Part shown: positions 9,628 to 20,387 of the stretch, piece after piece | Numbering within the stretch: position 1 is the stretch's first letter | Layout: the number at the start of each line of letters is the position of its first letter | Assembly (NCBI GenBank): GCA_963714975.1 | Contig: CAVQQD010000002.1 | Span: 768,001 to 832,000 of the forward strand | From: an uncultured Gammaproteobacteria bacterium | Lineage (GTDB): Bacteria; Pseudomonadota; Gammaproteobacteria; JAURND01 | DNA: 64,000 nt | Reading direction: 5' to 3' | Made by a program: the position numbers and the translations under genes | The notes under the pieces: generated by a model | What the model saw: only the letters and a program-made list of their open reading frames with translations | The model's database searches: none | What the model was told of the DNA's origin: nothing

Positions 9628-10584
9628 ATGCATTATTCTCGAATTATTGGCAGTGGTGGCTATTTACCCGAACGTATTCTTAGCAATACTGAATTGGAGC
9701 AGATGGTCAACACTTCAGATCAATGGATTCTCGAACGTACTGGCATTAGTCAGCGTCATATCATGGGAGATCAGGAGACGACTTCCTCGATGGCTGAGAT
9801 AGCCGCTACAAGAGCACTGGAAGCCGCAGGAATTAAACCGAATGACATTGAGGTTGTGGTGATTGCCACCTCGACGCCGGATCGATTTTTTCCTAGCACT
9901 GCTAGCATCTTACAAAAACGTTTGGGGATTACCAATCAATGTCCGGCCTTCGATGTTTCAGCAGCTTGCGCCGGTTTTATTTATGCTTTGGGAATTGTCG
10001 ATCCGTTAATTCGTAGTGGCGCAATTAAAACTGCGCTAATACTAGGCGCCGAGTCCCTCACTCGTTTGGTGGATTGGACCGATCGTTCTACCTGTGTTTT
10101 GTTTTCAGATGGGGCTGCCGGAGTGGTGTTGCAGGCTGATAATGCGCCGGGCTTAATTGCTACGCATTTGCATTCAGATGGGATGTATAACGAGCTACTT
10201 TATGCCCCCAGTCATTTAGGCGAATTAAAGGAACCTCCTTACATCAAAATGAAGGGAGGCGAGGTGTTTAAATTAGCCGTCAGGATGTTAAACGATATTG
10301 TTGATGAAACTTTAACTGCAAATAATTTGAGCAAAGATGCTATTGATTGGCTGATTCCACACCAAGCCAATATCCGCATTATTCAAGCTACCGCGAAAAA
10401 GCTGAATGTGCCCCTGGAGCGCGTCGTATTGACGGTAAAAGAACAAGGGAATACTTCCGCCGCATCGATTCCCTTGGCGCTGGACATCGCGATCCGTGAT
10501 GGACGGATAAAGCGCGGCGAGATTCTCTTGCTCGAGGCATTTGGTGCTGGTTTTACTTGGGGTTCCGCTTTAGTAAAGTATTAA
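9628..10584 (+). CDS. fabH: Beta-ketoacyl-ACP synthase III
   Basis: AACAGF, PHQAN, GNTSAASIP; ATG 9628 preferred. Confidence 0.96.
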   Translation: MHYSRIIGSGGYLPERILSNTELEQMVNTSDQWILERTGISQRHIMGDQETTSSMAEIAATRALEAAGIKPNDIEVVVIATSTPDRFFPSTASILQKRLGITNQCPAFDVSAACAGFIYALGIVDPLIRSGAIKTALILGAESLTRLVDWTDRSTCVLFSDGAAGVVLQADNAPGLIATHLHSDGMYNELLYAPSHLGELKEPPYIKMKGGEVFKLAVRMLNDIVDETLTANNLSKDAIDWLIPHQANIRIIQATAKKLNVPLERVVLTVKEQGNTSAASIPLALDIAIRDGRIKRGEILLLEAFGAGFTWGSALVKY

Positions 10585-10605
10585 TTCGTCTTAATATGCC
10601 TGTGA

Positions 10606-10642
10606 CATTATTCCTTCTCCCACAAGGGGAGAAGGAATAATG
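10606..10642. repeat. Family-1 hairpin between fabH and fabD
   Basis: CATTATTCCTTCTCCC-ACAAG-GGGAGAAGGAATAATG, 16-bp stem. Confidence 0.85.
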
Positions 10643-10682
10643 CAGATGTATGAGAGGCGGTATTATTATTTGGAGATCGTTA

Positions 10683-11630
10683 ATGACTCATTTCGCTTTT
10701 ATCTTCCCTGGTCAAGGCTCTCAATCCTTGGGGATGTTGCAGGATTTATATGCAGAATATCCGCTTATTGCTGACACTTTTAGTGAAGCGGCTGATCATC
10801 TGCATTACAATCTTTGGGAGCTGGTGCAAAATGGCCCAGAAACTGCTCTCAATCAAACTGAATTTACTCAACCGGCGTTGCTAACTGCCAGCATTAGCTT
10901 ATGGCGCCTGTGGTTAAAGCAGGGTGGGGAACGTCCACATTTCTTGGCTGGGCATAGCTTAGGGGAATATTCCGCTTTAGTGTGTGCAGAGGCACTTAAA
11001 TTTGCTGATGCGCTTTCTTTAGTAGCACTGCGTGGCAAGCTCATGCAAGCAGCTGTTCCTGAATCCACGGGAGCCATGGCCGCAATCGTTGGCCTAGAAG
11101 ATGCTGTGGTAGGTCAAATATGTATTGAGGCTGCGCAAGGGGAGGTGGTGACAATTGCGAATTACAATGCTATTGGTCAAGTAGTCGTCGCCGGAAATAC
11201 TGGGGCGGTTCTGCGCGTCATTGGCCAAGCTCAGCAGGCAGGAGCTAAAATGGCAAAGCAAATTCCGGTCAGCGTTCCTTCACATTGTGCCTTGATGCAA
11301 CCAGCCGCTCAGCAATTAGCAGATTATTTGCAAACAGTCACTTTTTCCAAACCCCAACTGCCAGTATTGACGAATGTCGATGTGGCTTGTTATTTTGAAC
11401 CCGAACAGCTGCGGTCAGCCTTGGTAAGGCAATTGTATAACCCAGTACGCTGGGTTGAAAGTATGCAACATTTAGTAAAACTTGGAATCACTCAACTCAT
11501 TGAATGTGGTCCAGGTAAGGTATTAGCTGGTTTAAATAGGCGTATTGATCCTTTAATTGCTACCTATCCTATTGGCAACCTCAGCACTTTCCAAGAAACA
11601 ATTCGAAAAAAGGATGTCTTATGTCTATAG
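10683..11630 (+). CDS. fabD: Malonyl-CoA:ACP transacylase
   Basis: FPGQGSQ, GHSLGEY, SVPSH. Confidence 0.96.
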   Translation: MTHFAFIFPGQGSQSLGMLQDLYAEYPLIADTFSEAADHLHYNLWELVQNGPETALNQTEFTQPALLTASISLWRLWLKQGGERPHFLAGHSLGEYSALVCAEALKFADALSLVALRGKLMQAAVPESTGAMAAIVGLEDAVVGQICIEAAQGEVVTIANYNAIGQVVVAGNTGAVLRVIGQAQQAGAKMAKQIPVSVPSHCALMQPAAQQLADYLQTVTFSKPQLPVLTNVDVACYFEPEQLRSALVRQLYNPVRWVESMQHLVKLGITQLIECGPGKVLAGLNRRIDPLIATYPIGNLSTFQETIRKKDVLCL

Positions 11631-12364
11631 CAGGTAAAATGGCTCTGATTACCGGAGCCAGTCGGGGAATAGGTCAGGCAATTTTGTTGCGACTTGCGCA
11701 AGAAGGGGTTGTGGTTGTCGGCACCGCGACCACACCAGCAGGAGCTGAGGCGATTACCCAGCGTTTGCAGGAGAATAATTATTCCGGCCTGGGGTTTGTG
11801 TTGGATGTCACCAACCCTAGCTCCATTGAGGCCTTGCTGACTGAAATAGAATCCGCTTATGGCGCACCGACTATTTTAATTAATAACGCCGGGATCACTC
11901 GAGACACCTTGTTATTGCGGATGAATGCGGATGATTGGGCTACCGTGATTGATACGAATCTCACGGCAATTTATCGATTATCGAAAGCTTGTTTAAGAGG
12001 CATGATGAAAGCTAAGTGGGGGAGAATTGTCAGCATTAGTTCTGTGGGTGGGTTCGCGGGCAGTCCCGGTCAAGTGAACTATGCAGCCGCTAAAGCTGGG
12101 ATGATTGGCTTTAGTAAATCACTGGCCCAAGAAATTGCTTCTCGTGGTATCACAGTGAATGTAGTCGCTCCTGGGTTAATCGAGACGGATATGTCTGGCG
12201 CTTTATCAGAAGTGCAGCGTGCGCAAATCCTCACTAAAATCCCCTTAAATAGGTCCGGCACGCCTGAAGAAATAGCCGCTGCAGTCGCATTTTTATGCTC
12301 TTTGGATGCCGGGTACATTACTGGCGCCACCTTGCATGTCAATGGTGGATTGTATATGGCATGA
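11621..12364 (+). CDS. fabG: 3-oxoacyl-ACP reductase
   Basis: TGASRGIG, NNAGITRD, YAAAK. Confidence 0.96.
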   Translation: MSIAGKMALITGASRGIGQAILLRLAQEGVVVVGTATTPAGAEAITQRLQENNYSGLGFVLDVTNPSSIEALLTEIESAYGAPTILINNAGITRDTLLLRMNADDWATVIDTNLTAIYRLSKACLRGMMKAKWGRIVSISSVGGFAGSPGQVNYAAAKAGMIGFSKSLAQEIASRGITVNVVAPGLIETDMSGALSEVQRAQILTKIPLNRSGTPEEIAAAVAFLCSLDAGYITGATLHVNGGLYMA

Positions 12365-12384
12365 ACTACATCCCCTCTCCTAGG

Positions 12385-12425
12385 CATTATTCCTTCTCCC
12401 ACAAGAGGAGCAGGAAGAAGGAATA
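12385..12425. repeat. Degenerate family-1 repeat
   Basis: CATTATTCCTTCTCCCACAAG...GAAGGAATA. Confidence 0.65.
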
Positions 12426-12546
12426 GTTTTACGAGGGGCTTGCAACTTAACAGCTTTTGAATATACTCATCAAACATTTTACGGCTCCGTAGCAGTTCCA
12501 TTGCTTCGGGTATTTGCAAAACAACTTAACAAGAGGGATTACGATT

Positions 12547-12795
12547 ATGGCCTCACAATCAATTGAATCGAAAGTTATTGACATTGTGGCTGCACAACTT
12601 GGAGTCGATAAGAAACAAGTTACTCCTGAAGCAGCATTTGTTGATGATTTAGGAGCCGATTCACTCGATACGGTGGAATTAGTTATGGCATTTGAGGAAG
12701 AATTTGGGGTTGAAATCCCAGATCACGATGCCGAAGGCATTAAAACAGTAGGCGATGCATTAGCTTATATCGAGAAACACACGGAGCCAGCTTAA
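12547..12795 (+). CDS. acpP: Acyl carrier protein
   Basis: [20 protein letters not shown]. Confidence 0.97.
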   Translation: MASQSIESKVIDIVAAQLGVDKKQVTPEAAFVDDLGADSLDTVELVMAFEEEFGVEIPDHDAEGIKTVGDALAYIEKHTEPA

Positions 12796-12817
12796 TACAA
12801 AGCATGGGGTAAGATTT

Positions 12818-14053
12818 ATGCAAAAACGCAAAGTGGTTGTGACTGGCTTAGGCATCATATCTCCGTTAGGCCTTTCAGTGAAGGAAACTTGGGATGGGAT
12901 TTTACAAGGCAAAAGTGGTGTTCGCCCCATAACCTCATTTGATGCTAGTCGGCTCACTACTCGCTTTAGTGCTTCAGTCCAAGGCTTCGACCCGGATCAG
13001 TATTTATCCTCCAAAGAATCGCGCAGGATTGATCAATTTATTCAATATGCCTATGCTGCCTCCAAGGAAGCTTTAGAAGACTCAGGTCTGGTGGTGACTG
13101 AAGAAAACTCCCCCCGCATTGGCGTGGCCATTGGTTCAGGGATTGGTGGTTTGCCTTTGATTGAGAAGAACCATGATGCGTTATTAATGGGAGGGCCGCG
13201 AAAGATTTCGCCCTTCTTTATCCCTAGTGCCATCATTAATATGGCTGCTGGCTTTGTTTCGATCAAGTTCAACTTGAAAGGTCCCAATATCGCCATTGTC
13301 ACGGCCTGTACTACTGGTGCGCATAATATTGGCCATGCTGCGCGCATTATTGCTTATGGTGATGCGGATGTCATGGTTGCGGGGGGAGCTGAAATGGCGA
13401 CTACTGAGCTAGGATTAGGGGGTTTTGCTGCAGCCAGAGCTTTATCTACTCGCAATGAGGAGCCTGAAAAAGCCAGCCGCCCTTGGGACAAAGAGCGTGA
13501 TGGTTTTGTCCTTGGAGAAGGCGCCGCCATTGTGATTTTAGAAGAATATCAACATGCGCTAAATCGCGGAGCACCTATTTATGCCGAATTAGCGGGTTTT
13601 GGAATGAGTGCTGATGCCTTCCATATTACTCAGCCGGGAGAAGAAGGTACGGTGCTTGCTATGCAACATGCCTTGCGAGATGCCGGTGTTAATCCTGATG
13701 AAGTTAACTATATTAATGCTCATGCGACTTCTACCCAAGTAGGAGATACTGCTGAAGCGGCTGCTATTAAAAAAGCCTTTGGTTCCGCAGTCAGCAAAAT
13801 TCCCATTAGCTCGACCAAATCAATGATTGGTCATCTTTTAGGTGCTGCAGGTTCTATTGAGGCTATTTTTTGTGTTCTGGCAATTCGCGATCAAGTGGCC
13901 CCCCCGACGATTAATCTAGATAATCCTGATGATGAATTGCGAGGTTTAGATTTGGTTCCCCATCAAGCACGTTCCGAGAAAATTGATATTAGTTTTTCTA
14001 ATTCTTTTGGTTTTGGTGGCACTAATGGCAGCTTGCTTTTCCGCCGTGTCTAA
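12818..14053 (+). CDS. fabF: Beta-ketoacyl-ACP synthase II
   Basis: [31 protein letters not shown]. Confidence 0.97.
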   Translation: MQKRKVVVTGLGIISPLGLSVKETWDGILQGKSGVRPITSFDASRLTTRFSASVQGFDPDQYLSSKESRRIDQFIQYAYAASKEALEDSGLVVTEENSPRIGVAIGSGIGGLPLIEKNHDALLMGGPRKISPFFIPSAIINMAAGFVSIKFNLKGPNIAIVTACTTGAHNIGHAARIIAYGDADVMVAGGAEMATTELGLGGFAAARALSTRNEEPEKASRPWDKERDGFVLGEGAAIVILEEYQHALNRGAPIYAELAGFGMSADAFHITQPGEEGTVLAMQHALRDAGVNPDEVNYINAHATSTQVGDTAEAAAIKKAFGSAVSKIPISSTKSMIGHLLGAAGSIEAIFCVLAIRDQVAPPTINLDNPDDELRGLDLVPHQARSEKIDISFSNSFGFGGTNGSLLFRRV

Positions 14054-15144
14054 TGAGGTACTTACTACTAGCAATTGTAGTTTGCATACTTCTCTCCTCA
14101 GTGACGTGGATCATCTGGCATTTTTTTCGAGAACCCATCACCATAGTGGATAAACCTGCCAGCTTTTTTGTGGCGAAGGGCCAATCGATGGCAGAATTGG
14201 CTTTTGATCTTTATCAGCGCAGAATTATTAAAAATCCTTATTATTTTCTGTTGCGGGCAAAATGGCAGGGACAGCTTAAGCAAATCAAAGCAGGCGAGTA
14301 CATTATTTATCCTGGGACAACTTCAGCAGCACTGCTGCGAAAATTAGTGCGGGGTGAAGTGGTGATGCACAAAATTACTTTTGTTGAGGGCTGGACTTTT
14401 CGGCAATACTTGGAAAATTTAAAGAGTAATCCATCGCTCACCCATACTTTAGCTAATCAATCTTCCGAGCAGATTATGAGTAGTTTAGGACATCCAGGCC
14501 AAAATCCTGAAGGGATGTTTTACCCCAGTACTTATTTATTTGCTTATGGCGTCAAAGACAGCAAGATTTTGCAAATGGCCTACGATTTAATGCAAACGAA
14601 ATTGCAACAAGCCTGGGAAAAACGTGTGCCTGATTTAGCATTAAAGAGTCCCTATGAAGCCTTAATACTGGCTTCAGTGGTTGAGAAAGAAACGGCGCAA
14701 AAAGACGAACGTCCATTAGTAGCTGGAGTTTTCATGCGTCGCTTGGAGCAGAACATACGGTTGCAGAGCGATGTCACTGTAGCTTATGGTATGGGAGATA
14801 ACTTAACTCGCCCCCTGCTGCGTAGTGATTTACGCTTTGATAGCCCTTATAATACGTTCTTGCATAATGGTTTGCCACCCACGCCGATTGCGATGCCGAG
14901 CGAATCTTCCTTAGAGGCCGCCATGCATCCGAGCCAAGGTCGCATGATTTATTTTATGGGTCGGGGAGATGGTACCCATGTTTTTTCTACGGATTGGCAA
15001 GCTCATCAAGCAGCTGTATCTCAGTATCGAGCGACTAAACGTAAACTTGCTTTGGCTTGTCCCCCCGTTCCGCAGTGTGTCTTGGGTGCGTTGTTAATAA
15101 GCTATTGGCGTTCCTTCTCCCCAAGGGGAGAAGGGATATGCTAA
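14053..15144 (+). CDS. mltG: Endolytic transglycosylase MltG, with a C-terminal extension containing a family-1 repeat
   Basis: LASVVEKET, LQSDVT, SPYNTF, GLPPTPIAMP. Confidence 0.93.
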   Translation: MRYLLLAIVVCILLSSVTWIIWHFFREPITIVDKPASFFVAKGQSMAELAFDLYQRRIIKNPYYFLLRAKWQGQLKQIKAGEYIIYPGTTSAALLRKLVRGEVVMHKITFVEGWTFRQYLENLKSNPSLTHTLANQSSEQIMSSLGHPGQNPEGMFYPSTYLFAYGVKDSKILQMAYDLMQTKLQQAWEKRVPDLALKSPYEALILASVVEKETAQKDERPLVAGVFMRRLEQNIRLQSDVTVAYGMGDNLTRPLLRSDLRFDSPYNTFLHNGLPPTPIAMPSESSLEAAMHPSQGRMIYFMGRGDGTHVFSTDWQAHQAAVSQYRATKRKLALACPPVPQCVLGALLISYWRSFSPRGEGIC

Positions 15145-15788
15145 AAAACAAAGGCTATTTCATTACCTTAGAAGGAATAGAAGGCTCTGGCAAAAGCACG
15201 GCATTAGCTTATATGCAACAGTGGTTGACTGAGGCAGGCATTGCTTATTGTGCCACCCGCGAGCCCGGTGGTACCCCGATTGCTGAGGACATTAGGCAAG
15301 TCTTGCTGAAACACCATGAAGAGTCGATGGCGTCTGATACTGAATTATTGTTAATGTTTGCCAGCAGAGCGCAGCATTTGCACACGCTCATTATCCCTAC
15401 CCTAGCTCAAGGTCAATGGGTGATCTGTGATCGTTTTACTGATGCCACCTATGCTTATCAAGGCGGAGGCAGGGGGATTGATAGCACGCGCATTGCCGCA
15501 ATTGAACATTGGGTGCAGGGCAGTTTACGTCCAGATTGTGTTTTTTTATTGGATTTGCCAGTGGAAGTGGGCTTGGCGCGAATTAAAAAACGTTCTACTA
15601 CCGATCGTATTGAACGAGAACAAGCACAATTTTTCACACGGGTGCGAGAAGCCTATTTACTACGAGCACAAGCAGAACCACAACGCCATAAAATTATTGA
15701 TGCCAGTCAAGCCTTACCCGAAGTGCAAAAAAGCATTGCTGCTGGCTTAAATTCGCTGCTGCGAGAATACTCTCATGCTAGAAACTAA
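15138..15788 (+). CDS. tmk: Thymidylate kinase
   Basis: FITLEGIEGSGKST, REPGGT, CDRFTDATYAYQG. Confidence 0.96.
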   Translation: MLKNKGYFITLEGIEGSGKSTALAYMQQWLTEAGIAYCATREPGGTPIAEDIRQVLLKHHEESMASDTELLLMFASRAQHLHTLIIPTLAQGQWVICDRFTDATYAYQGGGRGIDSTRIAAIEHWVQGSLRPDCVFLLDLPVEVGLARIKKRSTTDRIEREQAQFFTRVREAYLLRAQAEPQRHKIIDASQALPEVQKSIAAGLNSLLREYSHARN

Positions 15789-16593
15789 GGCAGTCGCTGT
15801 GGTACGCGGTTGCGTAATGACTGATTTACCGCAGGATTTATACATTCCTCCAGATGCCTTAGAGATTTTTTTAGAGGCGTTTGAAGGGCCCTTAGATTTG
15901 TTATTGTATCTGATTCGAAAACAGAACTTAGATGTTTTGGATATTCCAATTGCAGAAATTACCAGGCAATATCAACAATATATTGAGCTGATGCAAGGCT
16001 TAAAATTAGAATTAGCTGCTGAATATTTATTAATGGCGGCTATGCTGGCCGAAATTAAGTCGCGTTTATTACTGCCACGGCTCGCGAGCACTGAGACAGG
16101 AGAAGAAGAGGACCCCCGCGCGGAATTAGTGCGGCGTTTGCAGGAATATGAGCAGTTCAAGCAGGCGGCTGAATTGCTAGATAATTTGCCTCGTGTGGAG
16201 CGTGATATTTATACCGTAGCCATCTCATCGAATACCATTCAGCCAATTAAATCTTTGCCAATAGTTACGTTACAAGAACTTCAGAATGCTCTTACTGATG
16301 TGATCAATCGGGCTAATTGGCGCATACCGCATTTGATCCAACCTGAAGTATTGTCCATCCGTGAGCGGATGGGAAAGATCTTAGAAAGATTAAGCACCGG
16401 AGGTTTTGTGCCGTTCCATCAGCTGTTAGAGAAAATCGAAGGCCGCCTGGGTGTGGTAGTGACCTTAATGGCGATTTTGGAGCTACTGAAACAAACTGCA
16501 ATTGAAATTGCGCAAGCAGATCCTTATGCTCCTATCCATGTAACAAGTTCCTTCTCCCACAAGGGGAGAAGGGATAAGGATAAGGGTTTATGA
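15775..16593 (+). CDS. scpA: Segregation and condensation protein A
   Basis: FEGPLDLLLYLI, EIKSRLLLP, DPRAELVRRL. Confidence 0.95.
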   Translation: MLETKAVAVVRGCVMTDLPQDLYIPPDALEIFLEAFEGPLDLLLYLIRKQNLDVLDIPIAEITRQYQQYIELMQGLKLELAAEYLLMAAMLAEIKSRLLLPRLASTETGEEEDPRAELVRRLQEYEQFKQAAELLDNLPRVERDIYTVAISSNTIQPIKSLPIVTLQELQNALTDVINRANWRIPHLIQPEVLSIRERMGKILERLSTGGFVPFHQLLEKIEGRLGVVVTLMAILELLKQTAIEIAQADPYAPIHVTSSFSHKGRRDKDKGL

Positions 16594-16608
16594 AAGGGAG
16601 ATAAAAAA

Positions 16609-17763
16609 ATGGACGACCTATTATATTTAGATGATTTTCTTAGCACTGAAGAGCAATTGATTCGCGATACAGTTAGGAGCTTCGTGCAAGCCGAAGTGTT
16701 GCCATTAATCCCAGATGCTTTTGAAACAGCTCGTTTCCCTCAAGAACTGATTCCCTCGATTGCTGCATTGGGTGTGTTGGGTATGACTCTCCCGGAACAA
16801 TATGGTGGGAGTGGCGCCGGTGCTGTTAGCTATGGTTTAGTTTGTCAGGAGCTTGAGCGCGGGGACAGTGGCTTACGCAGCTTTGTGTCAGTCCAAAGTT
16901 CCTTGTGCATGTACCCCCTGTTTAAATTTGGTTCCGAAGAACAAAAACAGCGTTTTTTACCGGCTATGGCGCGAGGTGAAATCATTGCTTGCTTTGGACT
17001 CACAGAACCTGATGCTGGCTCTGATCCAGCCAGTATGAAAACCTATGCTAGGAAAATTCCCGGGGCTTGGAAAATCAATGGGTCAAAAATGTGGATCACC
17101 AATGCGCCGATTGCCGATATTGCTATCATCTGGGCTAATACTGAACAAGGCATTCGTGGCTTTATTATCGAAAAAGAATTTCCTGGATTTACGCGCAATG
17201 AAATTACCAAGAAACTTTCTCTGCGTGCTTCAGCAACCGGGGAATTAGTCATGGACGATTGCGTGGTTCCTGAGAGTAATTTACTTCCAGGAACTGAACG
17301 TGGTATGGGAGCTGCCTTAAGTTGCCTAACCCAAGCGCGTTACGGCATTGCTTGGGGCGTCATGGGTGCGGCTATGGCCTGCTTTGATGCGGCCTTGTCC
17401 TACACCAAAGAGCGTCGCCAGTTTAATCGGCCCGTAGCTGCTTGTCAGTTGGTGCAGAAAGATTTAGCTGATATGTATGCAGAAATCATCAAAATGCAAT
17501 GCGTGAATTGGCGGCTAGGTCGGCTCAAAGAACAAGGAAAGTTATCTCCAGTGGCCGTGTCATTAGCCAAAATGAGTGCTTGCCAGACTGCGTTGCAAGT
17601 GGCGCGTAAGGCCCGCAATTTATTAGGCGCCAATGGCATTAGTTTAGAGTATCCAGTCATGCGTCATATGGTGAATCTCGAATCGGTGTTTACTTATGAA
17701 GGCACCGATAACATTCATCACTTAGTCATCGGCAAACACCTTACTGGGATGGAAGCTTTCTAG
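16609..17763 (+). CDS. Acyl-CoA dehydrogenase (glutaryl-CoA dehydrogenase-like)
   Basis: CFGLTEPDAGSDP, GSKMWITN, ESVFTYEGT. Confidence 0.88.
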   Translation: MDDLLYLDDFLSTEEQLIRDTVRSFVQAEVLPLIPDAFETARFPQELIPSIAALGVLGMTLPEQYGGSGAGAVSYGLVCQELERGDSGLRSFVSVQSSLCMYPLFKFGSEEQKQRFLPAMARGEIIACFGLTEPDAGSDPASMKTYARKIPGAWKINGSKMWITNAPIADIAIIWANTEQGIRGFIIEKEFPGFTRNEITKKLSLRASATGELVMDDCVVPESNLLPGTERGMGAALSCLTQARYGIAWGVMGAAMACFDAALSYTKERRQFNRPVAACQLVQKDLADMYAEIIKMQCVNWRLGRLKEQGKLSPVAVSLAKMSACQTALQVARKARNLLGANGISLEYPVMRHMVNLESVFTYEGTDNIHHLVIGKHLTGMEAF

Positions 17764-18982
17764 CCATCCAATTTCGTCCTTCGACCAGTCGGGCAGTTAA
17801 CATACTGCAAACACTATCACCGGTTACATTTAACATCGTTGCTGCAGGATCAATTAAGATAGTAATGGCAGCAATGATAAATAATGCTTGAGGAGGGAAA
17901 CCATAGAGCGAGAGGATTAACACTTCTACCACCATCCCACCACTTGGCATTGTCCCAATGACAGTTCCCACCAACAATGAAATAAATATGGCGCCGATTA
18001 AAATTGACGCACCTGAAAAATCAAGGTGAAAAATACTAAATAAAAAAGCAATCTTCAGCATCCCGGCCATGACCGAACCATCTTTGTGCAGAGTGGCGCC
18101 GAGGACCACTACCGTTTCAGCAATTTCTTCAGGCACCCCCATTTTGGTAGTCGCATGGAGATTGATAGGCAGGGTCGCTGCGCTACTACAGGTGGCTAGT
18201 GACGTTATTATGGGTAATGGAGCATGGGACCAAAAGCTTATTACTGCTGATTTACCCCCGGCCAAGAAAGCGTAGAAACTAATTCCTATTAAAAGGTAGA
18301 ACAATGCGAGAGGATAGAAAAGCAGAGAAACTTGCGCATAATTAGTCAGTAACTTTGGACCAAATTCGCCAATTAATACTGCAAAATAAGCAAAAAACCC
18401 AATGGGGGCATAGAGCATGACATAGGAGACCATTTTCATGGAAATCGCAGCGCCTGAGTGCAAAAACTTTGCAAACGGTTTGCCTTTTTCACCGACCGCC
18501 GCCGTGGCAACACCCATTAATATTGAAAAAATTATTAAGGCTAGAAGGTTGGTTTTGGAAAATAAGTTTATAAAATCAGGGACGGTGAAAATGCTGACCA
18601 GCCGTTCGCCTAGACTGATATTTTCTACTTGGGTAGGCAAATTGAAATTTATTGCAATATTTTGTGGAGGTAAAAAAAATTTTATTCCAATAAGCATAAC
18701 GATAGCGGCAATGATGCTGGTGAATAGAAAAGTAATCAGCATCCGTGAAATCACTTGCAATATCCGCTTTAAGTTGGACATCGCCGCAATGGAGGAAGCG
18801 ACACTAAAAAATATGAGTGGGATCACGATACTGAAAATGAGGTTTAGAAAAATGTCACCCAAGGGTTTTAGACTGACTGCTTTTTCGCCCAGCAGATAGC
18901 CAACGAGGCTTCCCAGTACTATCGCGCTCAATAAAGCGATGATGAGTGTATAGGGTCGAATTTTTTTAAGAAAAATTTCCAA
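17741..18982 (-). CDS. Dicarboxylate/amino acid:cation symporter (DAACS)
   Basis: TCSSAATLP, GATLHKDG, TMLNVTGD. Confidence 0.9.
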   Translation of the reverse strand: MEIFLKKIRPYTLIIALLSAIVLGSLVGYLLGEKAVSLKPLGDIFLNLIFSIVIPLIFFSVASSIAAMSNLKRILQVISRMLITFLFTSIIAAIVMLIGIKFFLPPQNIAINFNLPTQVENISLGERLVSIFTVPDFINLFSKTNLLALIIFSILMGVATAAVGEKGKPFAKFLHSGAAISMKMVSYVMLYAPIGFFAYFAVLIGEFGPKLLTNYAQVSLLFYPLALFYLLIGISFYAFLAGGKSAVISFWSHAPLPIITSLATCSSAATLPINLHATTKMGVPEEIAETVVVLGATLHKDGSVMAGMLKIAFLFSIFHLDFSGASILIGAIFISLLVGTVIGTMPSGGMVVEVLILSLYGFPPQALFIIAAITILIDPAATMLNVTGDSVCSMLTARLVEGRNWMARKLPSQ

Positions 18983-18994
18983 AACTAAACCCTC

Positions 18995-19744
18995 TCAACG
19001 CTGTAGATCTAAGACCTGTCGGGTAGGCAAAAACATCCATTTCCCTGGCGCTAATGTTTTAGGTAAAGAAATAGATCCAAAACCTAAGCGGATCAAACGA
19101 TTAATCTTTATCCCTTGCGATTCAAATAAGCGCCTGACAATACGGTTGCGTCCTAATTTTAAACTCACTTGATACCAGCGATTTGTCCCGTTACCACTGG
19201 TTGCTTCAATGGAATCAAAAGCAGCCCTACCATCAGCTAAACGTACGCCGGTACGCAACTTGGCTAATGAACCTGCTGAGAGAGCACCAAATAAACGCAC
19301 GGCGTAAACCCGCGCATGGCCGTTACTAGGATGCATCAGGTGATTGGCGAGGGCACCATCATTCGTAAATAATAATAATCCCGAGGTATTGAAATCTAAG
19401 CGCCCTACCATAACCCAGCGACCAATTGGAGGTTTAGGTAGCTGATCAAATACACTTGTCCGTCCTTGTGGATCTGCCTGGGTACATATTTCTCCTACCG
19501 GTTTATGGTAAAGCAACACCGTAGGTAGTGGGGGTCCCTTCTCCTCGGAAGCTCGTCGTCCCGGCATGGATGCCGGGACGACGCTTCCATCCACCCGAAT
19601 TTCACTGGCAGTTGCCTCCACTCGATCCCCTAGCTGAGCTACCTGACCATTAACTTTCACTCGACCGGCCGCAATCCACCCTTCCATTTTCCGGCGTGAG
19701 CCTAAACCACATTGCGCCAATATTTTTTGTAATTTTTCACTCAT
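18995..19744 (-). CDS. rluB: 23S rRNA pseudouridine synthase RluB, with an in-frame palindromic insert
   Basis: MSEKLQK..SRR S4 domain; GRLDFNTSGLLLFTNDG; follows scpB. Confidence 0.9.
   Translation of the reverse strand: MSEKLQKILAQCGLGSRRKMEGWIAAGRVKVNGQVAQLGDRVEATASEIRVDGSVVPASMPGRRASEEKGPPLPTVLLYHKPVGEICTQADPQGRTSVFDQLPKPPIGRWVMVGRLDFNTSGLLLFTNDGALANHLMHPSNGHARVYAVRLFGALSAGSLAKLRTGVRLADGRAAFDSIEATSGNGTNRWYQVSLKLGRNRIVRRLFESQGIKINRLIRLGFGSISLPKTLAPGKWMFLPTRQVLDLQR
19554..19583. repeat. Family-2 palindrome inside the rluB coding sequence
   Basis: CGTCGTCCCGGCAT-GG-ATGCCGGGACGACG. Confidence 0.8.
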
Positions 19745-20309
19745 GTATTTCGTCAACAGGGGATAATATAATCTCGATTTGTCCACCCTTGGTCTCTTTA
19801 AGAGCAGGCAAATCTGCTAAATTTCGCAAATTAAAATAATCAAGAAATTGCTTGGTGGTGGAATATAAAGCGGGTTTGCCAGGAGTTTCTTTATGACCAA
19901 TAATCTTGATCCATTCGCGCTCCAGCAAGCTGCGTAGCGTACTGGAGCTAATACTCACCCCACGGATTTCTTCGATTGCAGCACGGGTAATCGGTTGCCG
20001 ATAAGCAATGAGCGCCAAGGTCTCTAAAAAAGCTCGGGAATAGCGCCCTGGACGATCTTGTAACCAGCGTGCCAACCAAGGCGTTACTTCTTTTTTGGCT
20101 TGAAATCGATAGCCACTGGCCACTTCACGCAACTCAATCCCGCGATTTTGATAATCTTGTGCCAATTCACGCAATAATTCCCGTAATGCTTTGGTTGTTA
20201 ACCCCTGTTCTGGCTCAAATAATTCCGCCAAGCGCTCCACGGACACCGGTTCCTGAGAGATTAATACTGCTGCTTCAATAATGCGCTTAAATTGCTCATG
20301 AGAAGACAT
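19737..20309 (-). CDS. scpB: Segregation and condensation protein B
   Basis: EVASGYRF, SRAFLETLALIAYRQPITR, FLDYFNL. Confidence 0.95.
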   Translation of the reverse strand: MSSHEQFKRIIEAAVLISQEPVSVERLAELFEPEQGLTTKALRELLRELAQDYQNRGIELREVASGYRFQAKKEVTPWLARWLQDRPGRYSRAFLETLALIAYRQPITRAAIEEIRGVSISSSTLRSLLEREWIKIIGHKETPGKPALYSTTKQFLDYFNLRNLADLPALKETKGGQIEIILSPVDEIHE

Positions 20310-20387
20310 ATTACTGATACCGTCCTTATTTAAACTGCGAATGATTTAAGGAATAGTATCGAATTGGGCTTTAAATGAGAAGAGAAT

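Noticed and set aside
12079-12519. Antisense and alternative-frame ORFs over well-supported genes (also 18438-18899, 24244-24612, 45993-46352)
   Set aside because: Shadow ORFs of real genes with no recognisable motifs.
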